A stretch of 64,000 nt of DNA from the NCBI GenBank assembly GCA_963663405.2, contig CAXXSM010000057.1:1-64000 (forward strand). The letters run 5' to 3'. Position numbers and translations under genes: made by a program. This DNA comes from a bacterium. GTDB lineage: Bacteria > Hinthialibacterota > Hinthialibacteria > Hinthialibacterales > Hinthialibacteraceae. The notes under the pieces are model-generated. The model saw nothing but the letters and a program-made list of their open reading frames with translations, was not told where the DNA came from and ran no database searches. Positions 46,133 to 57,533 of this stretch are shown here, piece after piece. Numbering within the stretch: the first letter of the stretch is position 1; each line of letters starts with the position of its first letter.

Positions 46133-47332
46133 TTAATTTACTTCCTTTTTATGTTGATTGATATAGAGTTTTACGTTGTGGGTAGAGCCACCAGCGGCGG
46201 TGAAATCGGGGAGGCCGTCTTGGTTGATGTCACCGACAGCAATACCCTGGACGGCGATAGATTGATCTATCACAGAGCGATTCCATTGCTTGGATTCGGG
46301 ATCGTAGTCGTAGAGGTAGAGTGTGTGTCCTTCCCCCCGGTAACCTGCGACGATTTCATCATCACCGTCACCGTCAAAATCCGCGCAACCGATGGCGTGT
46401 CCGCTTTTGTAAGTATCGTCGATCACTTTACGCCGCAGTGGGAACTGTCCATCCTCCGGTTGTGTGTATACAGCTACTTGATGCCCATGCCAGGGATCGA
46501 TTGTCGCGAGAAATCCGGATCGATCCCGGAATGTGCCTGTCGTGATTTCGCTGCAGCCGGTCTGGCCTTCGGAGGCGGGCGCGCCTTCGCAAAGCCGCCG
46601 GTGTATTGGTTTAGACCGGCCTCGTCCAATGACCGTGATTCCTTCTTGACTGGCCAGAAAGAGGCGGTCGATATCGTTGTTGATAGAAGATTGAACCCAC
46701 ACGCCATGCAGGATGTGAAGTGTATCGTCTAGGATTCCCTCTTCCAAGTATCGGTTTTCGGATTGGCGGGGATTTCATAGACGAGTAACCGCACGGGCGT
46801 CTGGTCGAATTCCGGGCGTTTCGAATTGACGCCGACCACAGGCGCGACGATTAATTTCTTGCGGGTCCGACCGATCAAATCAACCCACCGCACTCGATGC
46901 GCGGTTGGTTCGGAAGCGATTGGATAGACCGTCCAAGGCTGATCCAGATCGGTTTGGGGGTCCAGCCAGCTGATCGTTCCTCCTTCCGTTGAGTTGTTTA
47001 GGTTGAAATCCGAGGCCAGCGCTAATTCCAACTCTCCGTCTTCATCAAGATCGTAAAACGCGAAATCGATATGATCCGTTGTTTCGTTCCCGCTGATTGG
47101 ACGTTGCTTCCAGGAGGGATTCTCATACCAGCTAACACGGGAATTTTTCCCTTCACCCAACGCGGCGATATCCGGTTTGCCGTCTCCGTTGATATCAGCG
47201 ATCGCGGTTTGGTAGGCGCGGGGGCAGGGAATTATCGATTTCGATCGTTTGGAAGAGTTCGCAGGAAACATCGGCGGCAGCTGCGCCCGGTGTAAATATA
47301 ACGGCGCAAAGGATGGCTATCCATTTTTTCAT
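46133..47332 (-). CDS. Secreted FG-GAP/VCBS repeat beta-propeller protein; two or more frameshifts
   Basis: Signal peptide MKKWIAILCAVIF from ATG 47332; ADINGDGKPD, WYENP, DPWHGHQVAVY, ADFDGDGDDE, GDINQDGLPD. Confidence 0.82.
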
Positions 47333-47569
47333 AATTTCATCGCTCCCGTAATCTATTTATTATGTTTCAGATTGTATAACGAGAGCCAGTGATAAAAGGT
47401 TTTCGTATGATAGGACTATAGATTATTTTATCAACTTTTTTGGAATTGGATTAATTTTTTATATATTAATCTCAAAAATGATAGAATGTTTTCTTGATCC
47501 AGGTAGTATTAGCGAAGGAGATAGGAGTTTTATTGGATTCTATGGCATTCAAACATTAATCAACAAATT

Positions 47570-49042
47570 CTACGCAATTTCCGGCACAACAAACGGTTCA
47601 CGATACGTGCGTTTTAAGAATGCGTTGGCTTCATCCGCATGATCTCCAATGAAACGTTCTTTTGTCTCGTCGTGAGTCAAGATAGGGCTCATTTTGATGG
47701 AATCATCTTTCACGGAAACACCAAAGTTGCTGAGCTGTTTTTCCATATCGTTGAGTAGCGCGCCCCATTCATCCAGGTTGGGCAGAATCGATTCCGCCTT
47801 ATCGCGTGAATAGGCGCCGCCGGTTTGGAACGCGACATTGGCGAGGTTGCACCATCCTGTTGACGCGTGTCCGAGTTCAATTTCCGCATTCAGGATGCTG
47901 TTGTCTTGTTTGCGCACCGCTTCAAGGAAATTTCCGGTATGGAGTTGGACTCGATCGCCACCACGGAACGAGGCGATTTGTTTTCCGTCCAAGTCGATGG
48001 CTTTGCCGGAACCACGCTGGCCAAGGTAATAACCACCTTCACAAGCGACAACATACCCACTCTCCGGTCCAGTAAATGTCCGCCCAGCCAGCGCTGTCCA
48101 CGGGCCTTTTTTGTCCGGCGCTTGCGTCATATTGGATAACGCCATGATGGTGGGGTACGTTCCAGTGTCGAAGCATACGAAATGAACGTTCGGTGTGTTC
48201 CCCGCGTCTCCCCAAACGGCGCGTCCGCCAACGGCGAGAATTCGTTTGGGAAGTATAACGGAATCTTGATAGGCGACATTCCGGACGTCATCGATTATGT
48301 GCACGCCCCAGTTCCCCATTTCCCCATTACCGGTGTTGAAGTCCCAATGCCAGTCATAATGCAATTTATCGCGGTAAATCGGTTGATCCGCCGCCGGTCC
48401 AAGCCATAAGTTGTAATCGATATCTTTCGAAATAATCAGCGGTGTGCTGCGTTTCCCAATAGGTTCACGAACGCCCAACCGGTTGGCTTGGACGTAAAGG
48501 ATCTTTCCCAACGCTTTCTTATTATGCAATAAATCCTTGGCCGGATCCTGCAGCGGCAGATCGGAACGATGCTGTGTTCCCAATTGCACAACTTTTTTGT
48601 ATTTCCTGGCCGCATTGACAACTTGCCGTCCTTCCCATTGTCGATGGGAGAGTGGCTTTTCCACATAGACATCTTTTCCCGCCTGCATGGCTATGATCGA
48701 AGCCAGGCAATGCCAATGATTGCAGGTTGATACAGCCACGACATCGACGTTTGGATCTTCGAGCAGTTTACGGAAATCGATGTATCCTTTTGCGCCTTTA
48801 AAGTCCGCGGCTTTGGCGGACAGCGTTTTATCTGGATCGGCGATCGCGGCGATCCGCGCGCCTTTTTGCCGTGTAAAACTATCGGACAGCTGCCCCCCAC
48901 GCCATCCCATTCCGATGATCCCAACACCGATAGTATCATTCGCGCTGTAGGATCGGCCAATAAAGAAGTTTGTAGGCAAAGTCGCAACCGCGCCGAACGC
49001 CACACCCTTTCGAAGAAAATTACGCCGTGAATAAGAAACCAT
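47570..49042 (-). CDS. Tat-exported Gfo/Idh/MocA family oxidoreductase
   Basis: SRRNFL signal, GIIGMGWRG, NHWH, GKDVYVEKP, WLGPA, GEMGNWGVH. Confidence 0.94.
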   Translation of the reverse strand: MVSYSRRNFLRKGVAFGAVATLPTNFFIGRSYSANDTIGVGIIGMGWRGGQLSDSFTRQKGARIAAIADPDKTLSAKAADFKGAKGYIDFRKLLEDPNVDVVAVSTCNHWHCLASIIAMQAGKDVYVEKPLSHRQWEGRQVVNAARKYKKVVQLGTQHRSDLPLQDPAKDLLHNKKALGKILYVQANRLGVREPIGKRSTPLIISKDIDYNLWLGPAADQPIYRDKLHYDWHWDFNTGNGEMGNWGVHIIDDVRNVAYQDSVILPKRILAVGGRAVWGDAGNTPNVHFVCFDTGTYPTIMALSNMTQAPDKKGPWTALAGRTFTGPESGYVVACEGGYYLGQRGSGKAIDLDGKQIASFRGGDRVQLHTGNFLEAVRKQDNSILNAEIELGHASTGWCNLANVAFQTGGAYSRDKAESILPNLDEWGALLNDMEKQLSNFGVSVKDDSIKMSPILTHDETKERFIGDHADEANAFLKRTYREPFVVPEIA

Positions 49043-49450
49043 TCTACATTGTCCTTTCGCCCATTCTATTGATTTTTACACATCCATGATATTACTATTA
49101 TTATCGTTGTTCGATTCACATTTTTGAAGGTCTTTGATACGGGGAACATTACAGCGAATTTGTGGTTTTTTATCTTGGACCAATATCGTATTATTTTGTA
49201 TGTTATCCATATGCTGTTATTGCAATCTGGTTTCCAACTGCGTTGTAATCATGTGTCTCAACCACATTACCATTGTGTTTCACTGCGATCAATTGACCAT
49301 CTATATCATAGTTTTAGTTTGAATACAGCGAAAAGCGCAATCACTAAAAAACATTGATAAATTGATGTACGTAAAGACATAACGCTTCTTTTATTTCTCC
49401 CTTACGAAAAGAAAACTTACTCTTTTCTAACATTCACTATACGCCACCCA

Positions 49451-50550
49451 TTAGGGTGTAACGGCGACGCGGAAAACGTTATGATCCATAGAATACTGAA
49501 AGGCGGAGTGGGCGTCTTCTAAAGAAAATGTTTTTGCCACGAGATTGCCGAAAGGATATTGTGAACCATACCGATCCAGAAACACAAGAGCCGTAGCAAG
49601 ATCGCCCGGCGTGTAATTATGCAGACCTTGGATCTGCTTGATTCCACGCACGATCGATTCAATCGAAACCGGTAACGATGGAGAGGGGAATGTTGATCCA
49701 ACTAAAATACATTTCCCGCCAATACGGAGCGTTTCAATACAATTTTCCACGGATGGATTCACACCGCAGAATTCAAAGGACAAGTCTACCCCACGGCCTT
49801 CCGTACGTTCATGAACGGCGGCGCGCAATTCTTCACTATTGCGTGAGATATTGACGGTAGACGTGGCGCCGAATTGCTTCGCCATTTCCAAGCGTTCATT
49901 CGATATATCAGCGATAATCACATCGCGTGCGCCCCGGCTTTTAACCATCGCCGTTGCGGTTAAGCCCAACATTCCGGCGCCGGAAATAAAAACGATTTTT
50001 TTGTCCGCAATCCCCAGCATACCGTATTGCGGCGGAAACTGTCGCCCGTCGCGCAATTGACAGGACAGGCTACGTAATCAGGGATATGGTCAGGAACCTT
50101 CAAGATGGCTGTGCCGGGCGCTAACAGACAATAATCCGCGAGCCCACCATTTAATGGATAGGTTGTCTCGATACTTTCGTGTCCATATTTGAATAACCGG
50201 ACACATTTTTGTGGCAGTCCATTTTGACAGAAAAAACAGTCTCCGCAGGACGCGGCGATCGACCAAGTGATGCGATCGCCTTTTTGTAAGACTTGACCGT
50301 TGAAATCTTTCATTTCGCTGGAAGAAGGTAACTCGGACACCCGGCCCAGGATTTCATGGCCGAGGACGGTCGGGCAGGGGGTATTCCGGTTCCCTTTATA
50401 CGTATGAATATCGCTGCCACATAAGGTCGTACAAATAACTTGCGCCAACACTTCCCCAGCTTGAGGCGCGGGTAGAGTAACATTACGCAATTCCAACTCT
50501 TGCTCCGGTCCGTGAAACAGGATGGCTCGCGCGGTTTCAGATTCCATCAT
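49451..50550 (-). CDS. Zinc-binding alcohol dehydrogenase (MDR family); frameshifts near 50000-50050
   Basis: CGSDIH, LGHE, CGDCFFC..C, GAGMLG, GLHNY. Confidence 0.9.
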
Positions 50551-50879
50551 TTCAATCTCCGCTATCTCTTTTGGTTATTTGTCAAGATCAATATTAACCT
50601 GTCAATTGGGATTGATACTTGATATCTTCCATTGCCCTATAAATCACAACATCAACCAAAAATAATTTCCAAACAAAACAATAAGAATATCAAAATATAT
50701 CTCTCGTGATACGCTCATTTTTTCTATTTAAAATTCTTCTTTTCATATCATTATTTGAACGGAGGATTGTAATGTCACAGATCATTAGACGCGCGTACAC
50801 TAGGATACGCAAATAGATTATCCTGTCTGCGTTTTATTTGTGCGTCACAGTTCAGTCGACAAATTTGACCCAATGGAGA

Positions 50880-51254
50880 TTATTTTTGTTGGAGGATGGA
50901 TGGTGTCAGATCTTGCGGTTGACTCGTTGGTTGTTGGCTTTGTCCTTGCAAGACTGGAGTATATTTCTGACCTTGCTGTTGCCCTTGTTCTTTCATCGCA
51001 TCGTTATACCCCTGCTGATATCCTTGCTGGCGCGCTTGTTCCTTTTGATTGTCGATGTGATCATTGAGCAGCGCTCCACCGGCTGCGCCCGCCCCCGCGC
51101 CGATTAGGGTGCTTTCTGTGTCCCCTCCAATTAACTGACCGGCGACCGCTCCCACTCCCCCGCCTACCATAGCCCCTTTCTGCGCGGGGGAGCCGCATCC
51201 CACTGCGAAGATGACCACACTGACGAATAAGATAATTGACACGATCGTTTTCAT
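50880..51254 (-). CDS. Glycine-zipper lipoprotein with Gln-rich tail
   Basis: Lipobox AVGC; GAMVGGGVGAVAG..GAGAGAAGG; QQGYQQGY. Confidence 0.85.
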   Translation of the reverse strand: MKTIVSIILFVSVVIFAVGCGSPAQKGAMVGGGVGAVAGQLIGGDTESTLIGAGAGAAGGALLNDHIDNQKEQARQQGYQQGYNDAMKEQGQQQGQKYTPVLQGQSQQPTSQPQDLTPSILQQK

Positions 51255-51435
51255 TTCGACACTGTTCCTTTCCACCCTTTCAACCGCTGTTTTTTCAATT
51301 GTTATTATTGGATTAATATCCTTATTTTGTATTGTCCACTCATGGAAATCTCATACGATGTTAACCACGGCAACAACAAAGATACCATAATTTTATTTTA
51401 AAAAACAGTGAAAATACAATCAAAAAGATCTTTTT

Positions 51436-52212
51436 TCACATTGATTGAACAACAAAAACATCCGATTCATCCCCGGTTGGATTTTCTCCAAATAAGATCG
51501 ATTTTGGCGTTCCTTCAATCCGGGCGTAATACGACGATTCTGAATCGATTTCATTTTCAACCGACCAGGCGGTAAACTCGCTCTCCCCATAGGAGAGTTT
51601 CAACCCTTGCCGCGGAGAAATTAGTTTGGATTTATCAGGAAGCGCTCCCTTGGGACCAACCGCTTGAAAGTTAATTTCCCCTTGATCGACACCGAGCATG
51701 GCCCCATTCCACACTCCTTCACGGGGACCGATTTCATACCAGTACCCGATTTGGGGAATCGCCCGGAGGTTGAGACGGTATTCGGGGGTAACCGGTTTGA
51801 CCGTGGAGTGAACCTTCGCGACAATTTTCGCGGGATACGATGTTTCGGTTAGAGAGAAAAACGAAATCTCTTTTAAGGGAGTTGGCATCATTTCAACCGG
51901 AGGAGGGGAGCCGCCGTCATAGATCATTGCGATTGGAAACGTATGCCCCCGTTCATTCTGTAGACAAATCGATAGAGCGAAAAGACCATAGCGGATCGAT
52001 TCCGATTGCAGTTCCTCTTCGGTCGCATAGATCATCCAAAGTTTGACCATTGGATTGAGCAGTTCTTGGAGTGTGCTGAGCCACGCCATTTTTTTGAGAT
52101 CATCTTCCCAATAGGCGCCGTCGATCGACAGTCCGTACGCCTTCATTTTTTGCGCGATTTGCTGGATCTGTTCTTCTGATTTGGACAGTGATGTTAACCA
52201 GATTGATTTCAC
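51436..52212 (-). CDS. Hypothetical protein immediately downstream of clpV (probable T6SS accessory)
   Basis: 258-aa ORF with GAAAGG RBS, co-oriented with clpV and 90 nt downstream of it. Confidence 0.75.
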   Translation of the reverse strand: MKSIWLTSLSKSEEQIQQIAQKMKAYGLSIDGAYWEDDLKKMAWLSTLQELLNPMVKLWMIYATEEELQSESIRYGLFALSICLQNERGHTFPIAMIYDGGSPPPVEMMPTPLKEISFFSLTETSYPAKIVAKVHSTVKPVTPEYRLNLRAIPQIGYWYEIGPREGVWNGAMLGVDQGEINFQAVGPKGALPDKSKLISPRQGLKLSYGESEFTAWSVENEIDSESSYYARIEGTPKSILFGENPTGDESDVFVVQSM

Positions 52213-52244
52213 AGCGCATGACCTTTCAAGTAATAATAGTCTTA

Positions 52245-52290
52245 GTTTCAGTGGGGAAACGAAGGTTTTACTTTCCCTAACACTGCAAAC
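52245..52290. other. Intergenic stem-loop
   Basis: GTTT-CAGTG-GGGAAA ... TTTCCC-(TAA)-CACTG-(C)-AAAC bulged inverted repeat between clpV and the next gene. Confidence 0.45.
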
Positions 52291-52302
52291 ACGGCTTCGC
52301 CA

Positions 52303-54939
52303 TTAGGACTCAACTCCATCGAAAGAAACAGAAAATTCCCCAGCTTCCGTGACATCCAAATGGACTTGGGCGGGCATTTCACCTTCGCTCATATAAGCGA
52401 GTATCTTTTTAGCCATCATGGGCATGACGGTTCCCCGCATGATGAAATCGATGTTACGCGCGCCGGTTTCGATTTCAACGCATCGCTCCGCGATTTGATC
52501 TACGACCGCCTGGGAATAGGTCAGTTTCATTTTATTGTTCGTCATCATCCGGCCGACCAGTTTTCCCAGTTTCAGCGTAGTGATTTCCTTCATAAAATCA
52601 GGAGGTAATGTGTAATAGGGAATCGCCGTCATACGCGCCAGTAAAGCGGGTTTGAAGTGATTGCTGAGAATGGGCCGAACCGCTCCCATGACGACATCCA
52701 TCGGAGGGGTGTCATCGCCTTTTGTCATTTCGGTGATGACATCCGTCGCTAAATTGCTGGTTAGGATAATGACGGTATTTTTGAAATCGATCACGCGTCC
52801 TTCCCCATCACTTAGCGTCCCCTTGTCAAAGACTTGATAAAACAGTTCCAGCACCTCAATGTGAGCTTTTTCCACTTCATCAAGCAGCACAACGCTATAG
52901 GGCCGTTGCCTCACCGCTTCGGTAAGAACGCCTCCTTCACCGTAGCCGACATACCCCGGAGGAGAGCCGATGAGGCGGCTCACCGTATGCTTTTCTTGAA
53001 ATTCGCTCATATTGATGGTGACCATAGACTGCTCTCCTCCAAAAAGGAGATCCGCAATCGATAACGCCGTCTCTGTTTTCCCTACACCGCTGGGCCCCAC
53101 CAACAGAAACACTCCAAGGGGTTCATTCGCATTGGTCAAACCGGATTTCGAAGATTCCAGCACTTCACTCAAAGCGAGAATCGCATGATCCTGACCACGG
53201 ATTCGTCCCATGAGATTCGTTTTCAAATTCAGAACGCTTTGGGCCTCATCACGAAGCACTTTCCCCAAGGGGATGCCTGTCCAATCCGATACCACTTTGC
53301 AAATGACTTCGGTGTCCACTTCGATATGCGCCAAAGGTTGATCGCCTTGCAGTTCGTCGAGATGAGCCAGCGCATCCAGAATCTTTTTCTGTTGCTCTTC
53401 CTTCCCGCTTTCCTCTTCGATTTCTCCCATCTGTCCACGCAGTTCTTGTATTTCTTGAATCGCGGATTGGATCGTTTCCCACCGGGCGGTTATGGCATCC
53501 AGTTCAGTTTGTAAACCGGTTAATTCCTCCTCAAGCGCGGCGAGACGTTCTTCGTCAATTTCCGCGCCGTTTTGGCGATCTCTGAGAAGCCCTTGTTTTT
53601 CCCGTAAAAGTGATTGAATGGCTCGTTCTTTATCCTCCAGCGCGTCGGGTTTGGAAGAGAGGCCGATTTTGACACGAGCGCCGCTTGTGTCTAACAAGTC
53701 TACCGCTTTGTCGGGAAGTTGACGGCCGATGATATATCGGTTCGCCATTTCCGCAGAGGCGATAATCGCGTCATCCCGGATGGCGACTTTATGCGCTTCT
53801 TCGTATTTTTCTTTCAATCCGCGCAGGATTTGAATCGTTGTCTCGACGGAAGGTTCATCTAATTTGACCAGTTGGAAGCGTCTCGTTAACGCGGGATCTT
53901 TCTCAAAATATTTTTTATATTCCGACCAAGTCGTCGCCGCGATCGTGCGCAATTCCCCGCGGGCCAAGGCGGGTTTGAGAAGGTTGGCGGCGTCACCGCC
54001 TCCCGCCTGTCCCCCCGCGCCGATCATGGTATGCGCTTCATCGATGAACATGATGATTGGTTTGGGAGAGGATTTGACTTCTTTAATCACATTTTTTAAG
54101 CGGTTTTCAAATTCCCCTTTCACGCCGGCCCCCGCTTCGAGCAAGCCCATATCCAATCCAAGCACGATTACTCCTTTCAGCTCATCGGGGACGTCATCTT
54201 CAACAATGCGAAGCGCGAATCCTTCCACGACGGCTGTTTTGCCGACACCGGCTTCCCCCACGATGATGGGATTGTTCTTCCGGCGGCGGGATAGAATATC
54301 AATCATCTGGCGGATTTCACGGTCCCGGCCAAATACGGGATCAATTTCCCCATTTTGCGCTTTTTCAGTAAAATTCACCGTGAACTTTTGCAGCGCGGTA
54401 CCCACCGCGGGAGCGCCGTCTTCTGTTTCTCCCTCTGGGGCGCCTTCTGTATACGCGGCTCTCTCTTCGGATGAGTTTTTGACGATTGCCCAGTACTCGG
54501 ACAACAGCGCTTCTTTCTTGATGCTTTTAACAATCGTCTCGTAGCGTTCCGAGCCGAAGAACGCGGGTTTTGAAATCATCGCGAGGAGCACGGCTCCCGA
54601 TCGAATTTGGGTTTCGTTCAAATCGATCGAGGAGATCAACCATGCGTCTTGAAACAGTTCGAGCAGCAGCGGAGAGAACGCGGGTTTGCCGGAATTGCCC
54701 GAATTAAATTCATCCATCGCCTCATCAACCGCTCGTTTCAATCGGCCGGGATCCAGATTGAAATGGCGGAAAATCAGTGATACGTCGCATTGCGTATCCT
54801 CGATCACTTTTGATAAAAAATGTTCCGCAGTCACTTCATAGTGCGTCCGGGAAACACTAAATCCCGCAGCCGCATGCAGGGCGGATGTACAAAACATGTT
54901 CAATCGCGATAATAGAGTTTTCAAATCGACCGAGATCAT
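52303..54939 (-). CDS. tssH: T6SS AAA+ ATPase ClpV
   Basis: ClpV-type N-terminus (LKTLLSRLN..RTHYEV), ILSRRRKNNPIIVGEAGVGKT, GPSGVGKTETA, GGVLTEAVRQRPYS. Confidence 0.96.
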   Translation of the reverse strand: MISVDLKTLLSRLNMFCTSALHAAAGFSVSRTHYEVTAEHFLSKVIEDTQCDVSLIFRHFNLDPGRLKRAVDEAMDEFNSGNSGKPAFSPLLLELFQDAWLISSIDLNETQIRSGAVLLAMISKPAFFGSERYETIVKSIKKEALLSEYWAIVKNSSEERAAYTEGAPEGETEDGAPAVGTALQKFTVNFTEKAQNGEIDPVFGRDREIRQMIDILSRRRKNNPIIVGEAGVGKTAVVEGFALRIVEDDVPDELKGVIVLGLDMGLLEAGAGVKGEFENRLKNVIKEVKSSPKPIIMFIDEAHTMIGAGGQAGGGDAANLLKPALARGELRTIAATTWSEYKKYFEKDPALTRRFQLVKLDEPSVETTIQILRGLKEKYEEAHKVAIRDDAIIASAEMANRYIIGRQLPDKAVDLLDTSGARVKIGLSSKPDALEDKERAIQSLLREKQGLLRDRQNGAEIDEERLAALEEELTGLQTELDAITARWETIQSAIQEIQELRGQMGEIEEESGKEEQQKKILDALAHLDELQGDQPLAHIEVDTEVICKVVSDWTGIPLGKVLRDEAQSVLNLKTNLMGRIRGQDHAILALSEVLESSKSGLTNANEPLGVFLLVGPSGVGKTETALSIADLLFGGEQSMVTINMSEFQEKHTVSRLIGSPPGYVGYGEGGVLTEAVRQRPYSVVLLDEVEKAHIEVLELFYQVFDKGTLSDGEGRVIDFKNTVIILTSNLATDVITEMTKGDDTPPMDVVMGAVRPILSNHFKPALLARMTAIPYYTLPPDFMKEITTLKLGKLVGRMMTNNKMKLTYSQAVVDQIAERCVEIETGARNIDFIMRGTVMPMMAKKILAYMSEGEMPAQVHLDVTEAGEFSVSFDGVES

Positions 54940-55300
54940 CGACTGCTGCCTCCTGTATGAAAAACAGTGTGTTTGGTTTTTCTCCCTGGCGGACGAAGCG
55001 AAGAAAATCGTTCATTGAAGTCTTTACAATTCAAAAGCAATCCATCGTTTAAAACTATTAAGTATCGCATTTTATCGCGAATTTTTATAGTCTTCCCTTG
55101 TTTTTTTCACAAGAAATAAACGAAAATATATATAAAAAAAGTGTATGATAAATGTAGGATCGTATTGAAGTGTTATTCCTCTATTCTGGTTAATAATCTT
55201 TTATCATTATTCTTTTTACTGACTATAAAACAGACCGATTCGATTCTTTTTACTTGATGACTGGCGCTCGATACAATTCTGATAAGGTGGATTGAGGATT

Positions 55301-56861
55301 ATGGATTATCAAGAACTCATAAAAAAACCAATTAATGAAGAAAAACCTGCGGGAGAAAATGCCCGTTACGAACATGAGTATATCGATTTACAAAATGAAA
55401 TCGATAAACTCGCAGGAGTGACTGAACAGATCGACTGGACCAAGGTCCTCAAACTGGCGTTAAAGATTTTATCAGAGAAATCCAAAGATCTGAAAGTGGC
55501 ATTATATCTAACCGACGCCTTGGCCAATACGGAGAAATTGGACGGTTTCGCCCAGGGGATCGTCCTTCTCAGTGATTTGCTGGAAAACTTTTGGGATGGA
55601 CTCTTCCCCGATCGGGAGAACCGCCGGAAAAAAATGATTGAGGGATTTATTGAGAAATACGCGGATTTTCTCTCCTCCCTGGACATTCCTCCTCAACCCG
55701 TTGATAAAATCAAAGCGTTGACAGAATCGATCAAAAAAATCGACTCATTCTTAGCGGAGAAAATGGAGGACGCGCCTCTGTTTCGGCCACTGGAAAGTGG
55801 CGTTGCCAGGATCCCTCTTCAAGAAGAGAAAAAAACAGAATCAGCGCCCTCGAAACCGGTGGATACTTCAACGGCGGCGGCTGCCGCTCCTCCGCATCCT
55901 GTGGAAAGATCACCGGTTCCAGTGGAAGAAAGCGCCTCCGACGTCTCTTCAATCAAGGAAGCGAAAAAGGAGTTAAATAGAATCCTCCCTTCGTTGCGAA
56001 AGATTGCCGGCGCCTATTTAAAAGAAAATCAAGCGCAAGGAACCGGCTATCGATACAATCGCATCGCCGCCTGGTTGCAAATCAATCAAGCGCCTCTTGC
56101 GGACAAAAAGAAAACCCAAATTCCACCCCCGGACGCGCAAACAGCAAAAGCGTTGGAAACGCTCTATAACAATCAAGATTGGGAGAATTTGCTAACCAGC
56201 GCGGAATCGAATATCTCCCGGTTTATCTATTGGTTCGATTTACACCGGTATGTGTCTGAATCACTCGGTCAATTAGGGGGAAACTACCGTCCGGCGCGGG
56301 AGATCGTCGATCAAATGACGGCTTCTTTTGTAGGCCGGTTAAAAGGGGTCGAAAATATGACATTTTCCGATGGGACTCCCTTTGCCGATCCAGCGACGAA
56401 ACAATGGCTGAAAAGTATCGCTCCCTCGTCCAGGGATGAGGATGGATTTGGGACAGGATCAAAAAGTGGAAATGGGGCGGCCGCCAAAGTGGAGGAGGAA
56501 TATAAAACGTGCAGCGCTTTATTGAAAGAGAAAAAAACGGCGGAAGCGGTTAAAACGGATTCACAATCAATACAGCCAGAGCGCATCCGCCGGGGATCGC
56601 TTCCTTTGGCGCATCGCTTTGACTCGCCTTCTTATCGACGCCCAAAAAATCAAATTGGCGCTTCCCTATTTGTATGATATATTGGATGACATTGAAGCGT
56701 ACCGTGTGGATGTGTGGGATCCCGAACTCGCGATGAAAGGATACAAACTAGCTTACGAAGGATTCCTCTTATGTGAGGACGCCCATCCGGAAACAGCGTC
56801 TAAGTTGATCGTGTCCATGGCGAAAATCAATCCTTGCGCCCTTTTGGAATATGATCTTTAA
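55301..56861 (+). CDS. tssA: T6SS TssA (ImpA_N plus VasJ-like domain); +1 frameshift at 56552-56555
   Basis: PI...PAGENARY, DW, SKDLKV, WDGLFP; FIYWFDLHR, FSDGTPFAD, WDPELA. Confidence 0.92.
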
Positions 56862-56920
56862 ATCTAATATAAAGGGATTTTAAATCCATAACTGTTTGCC
56901 TAATGAATTGAGGAGGATGG

Positions 56921-57406
56921 ATGATGGCTAAAGAAAGTTCGATCGCGCCGAAAGAACGTGTCAATATCACTTACAAACCCGCCACGGGAGTGGATGAGGA
57001 AGTGGAACTTCCCCTTCGGGTTATGGTGATGGGAGATTTTACACTCAAAGAGGACGAAACCATATTGGAAGAGCGGGAAGCCGACCAGATCGACAAAGAC
57101 AATTTCAATGATGTCCTCAAAGGAAAAAATATCAATCTTCAGATAACTGTGCCGGACAAGTTGGGGGATGATCCAGATGGACAGTTGGATGTAAGTTTGA
57201 AACTGGATCATATGAACAAATTCAAACCAGATGAAATTGTCAACCAAGTGCCGGAAATGCAGAAATTGTTGGAACTGCGGGAATCGCTGAAAGCGTTGAA
57301 AGCCCCGCTGGGGAATGTTCCGGCGTTTCGCAAAAAAATCCAAGAAATTGTCCAAGATGAAGAGACAAAAAAACGGCTGCTGAGCGAACTGGGGATTAAA
57401 GAATAA
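56921..57406 (+). CDS. tssB: T6SS contractile sheath small subunit (copy 1)
   Basis: SIAPKERVNITY, ELPLRVMVMGDF, VPEMQKLLELR, PLGNVPAFRK. Confidence 0.96.
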   Translation: MMAKESSIAPKERVNITYKPATGVDEEVELPLRVMVMGDFTLKEDETILEEREADQIDKDNFNDVLKGKNINLQITVPDKLGDDPDGQLDVSLKLDHMNKFKPDEIVNQVPEMQKLLELRESLKALKAPLGNVPAFRKKIQEIVQDEETKKRLLSELGIKE

Positions 57407-57533
57407 TCCAGTCTATCTATCGAATGAGAGTGATCGAGAGATTTTGAAAAGGACGAACGAATTCTTCGAGAGACGCGTTTCGCCTGATAACCATTCATTG
57501 TAACGAATTCTTATCGTGCAAGGAGTAAATACG

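Noticed and set aside
49124-49357. Small ORFs in an AT-rich intergenic region
   Set aside because: No RBS or motif, and composition is typical of non-coding promoter DNA.
54940-55300. Sigma54 promoter for the T6SS
   Set aside because: TGGCGC near 55262 is not followed by a correctly spaced TTGC, and I found no match on the minus strand.
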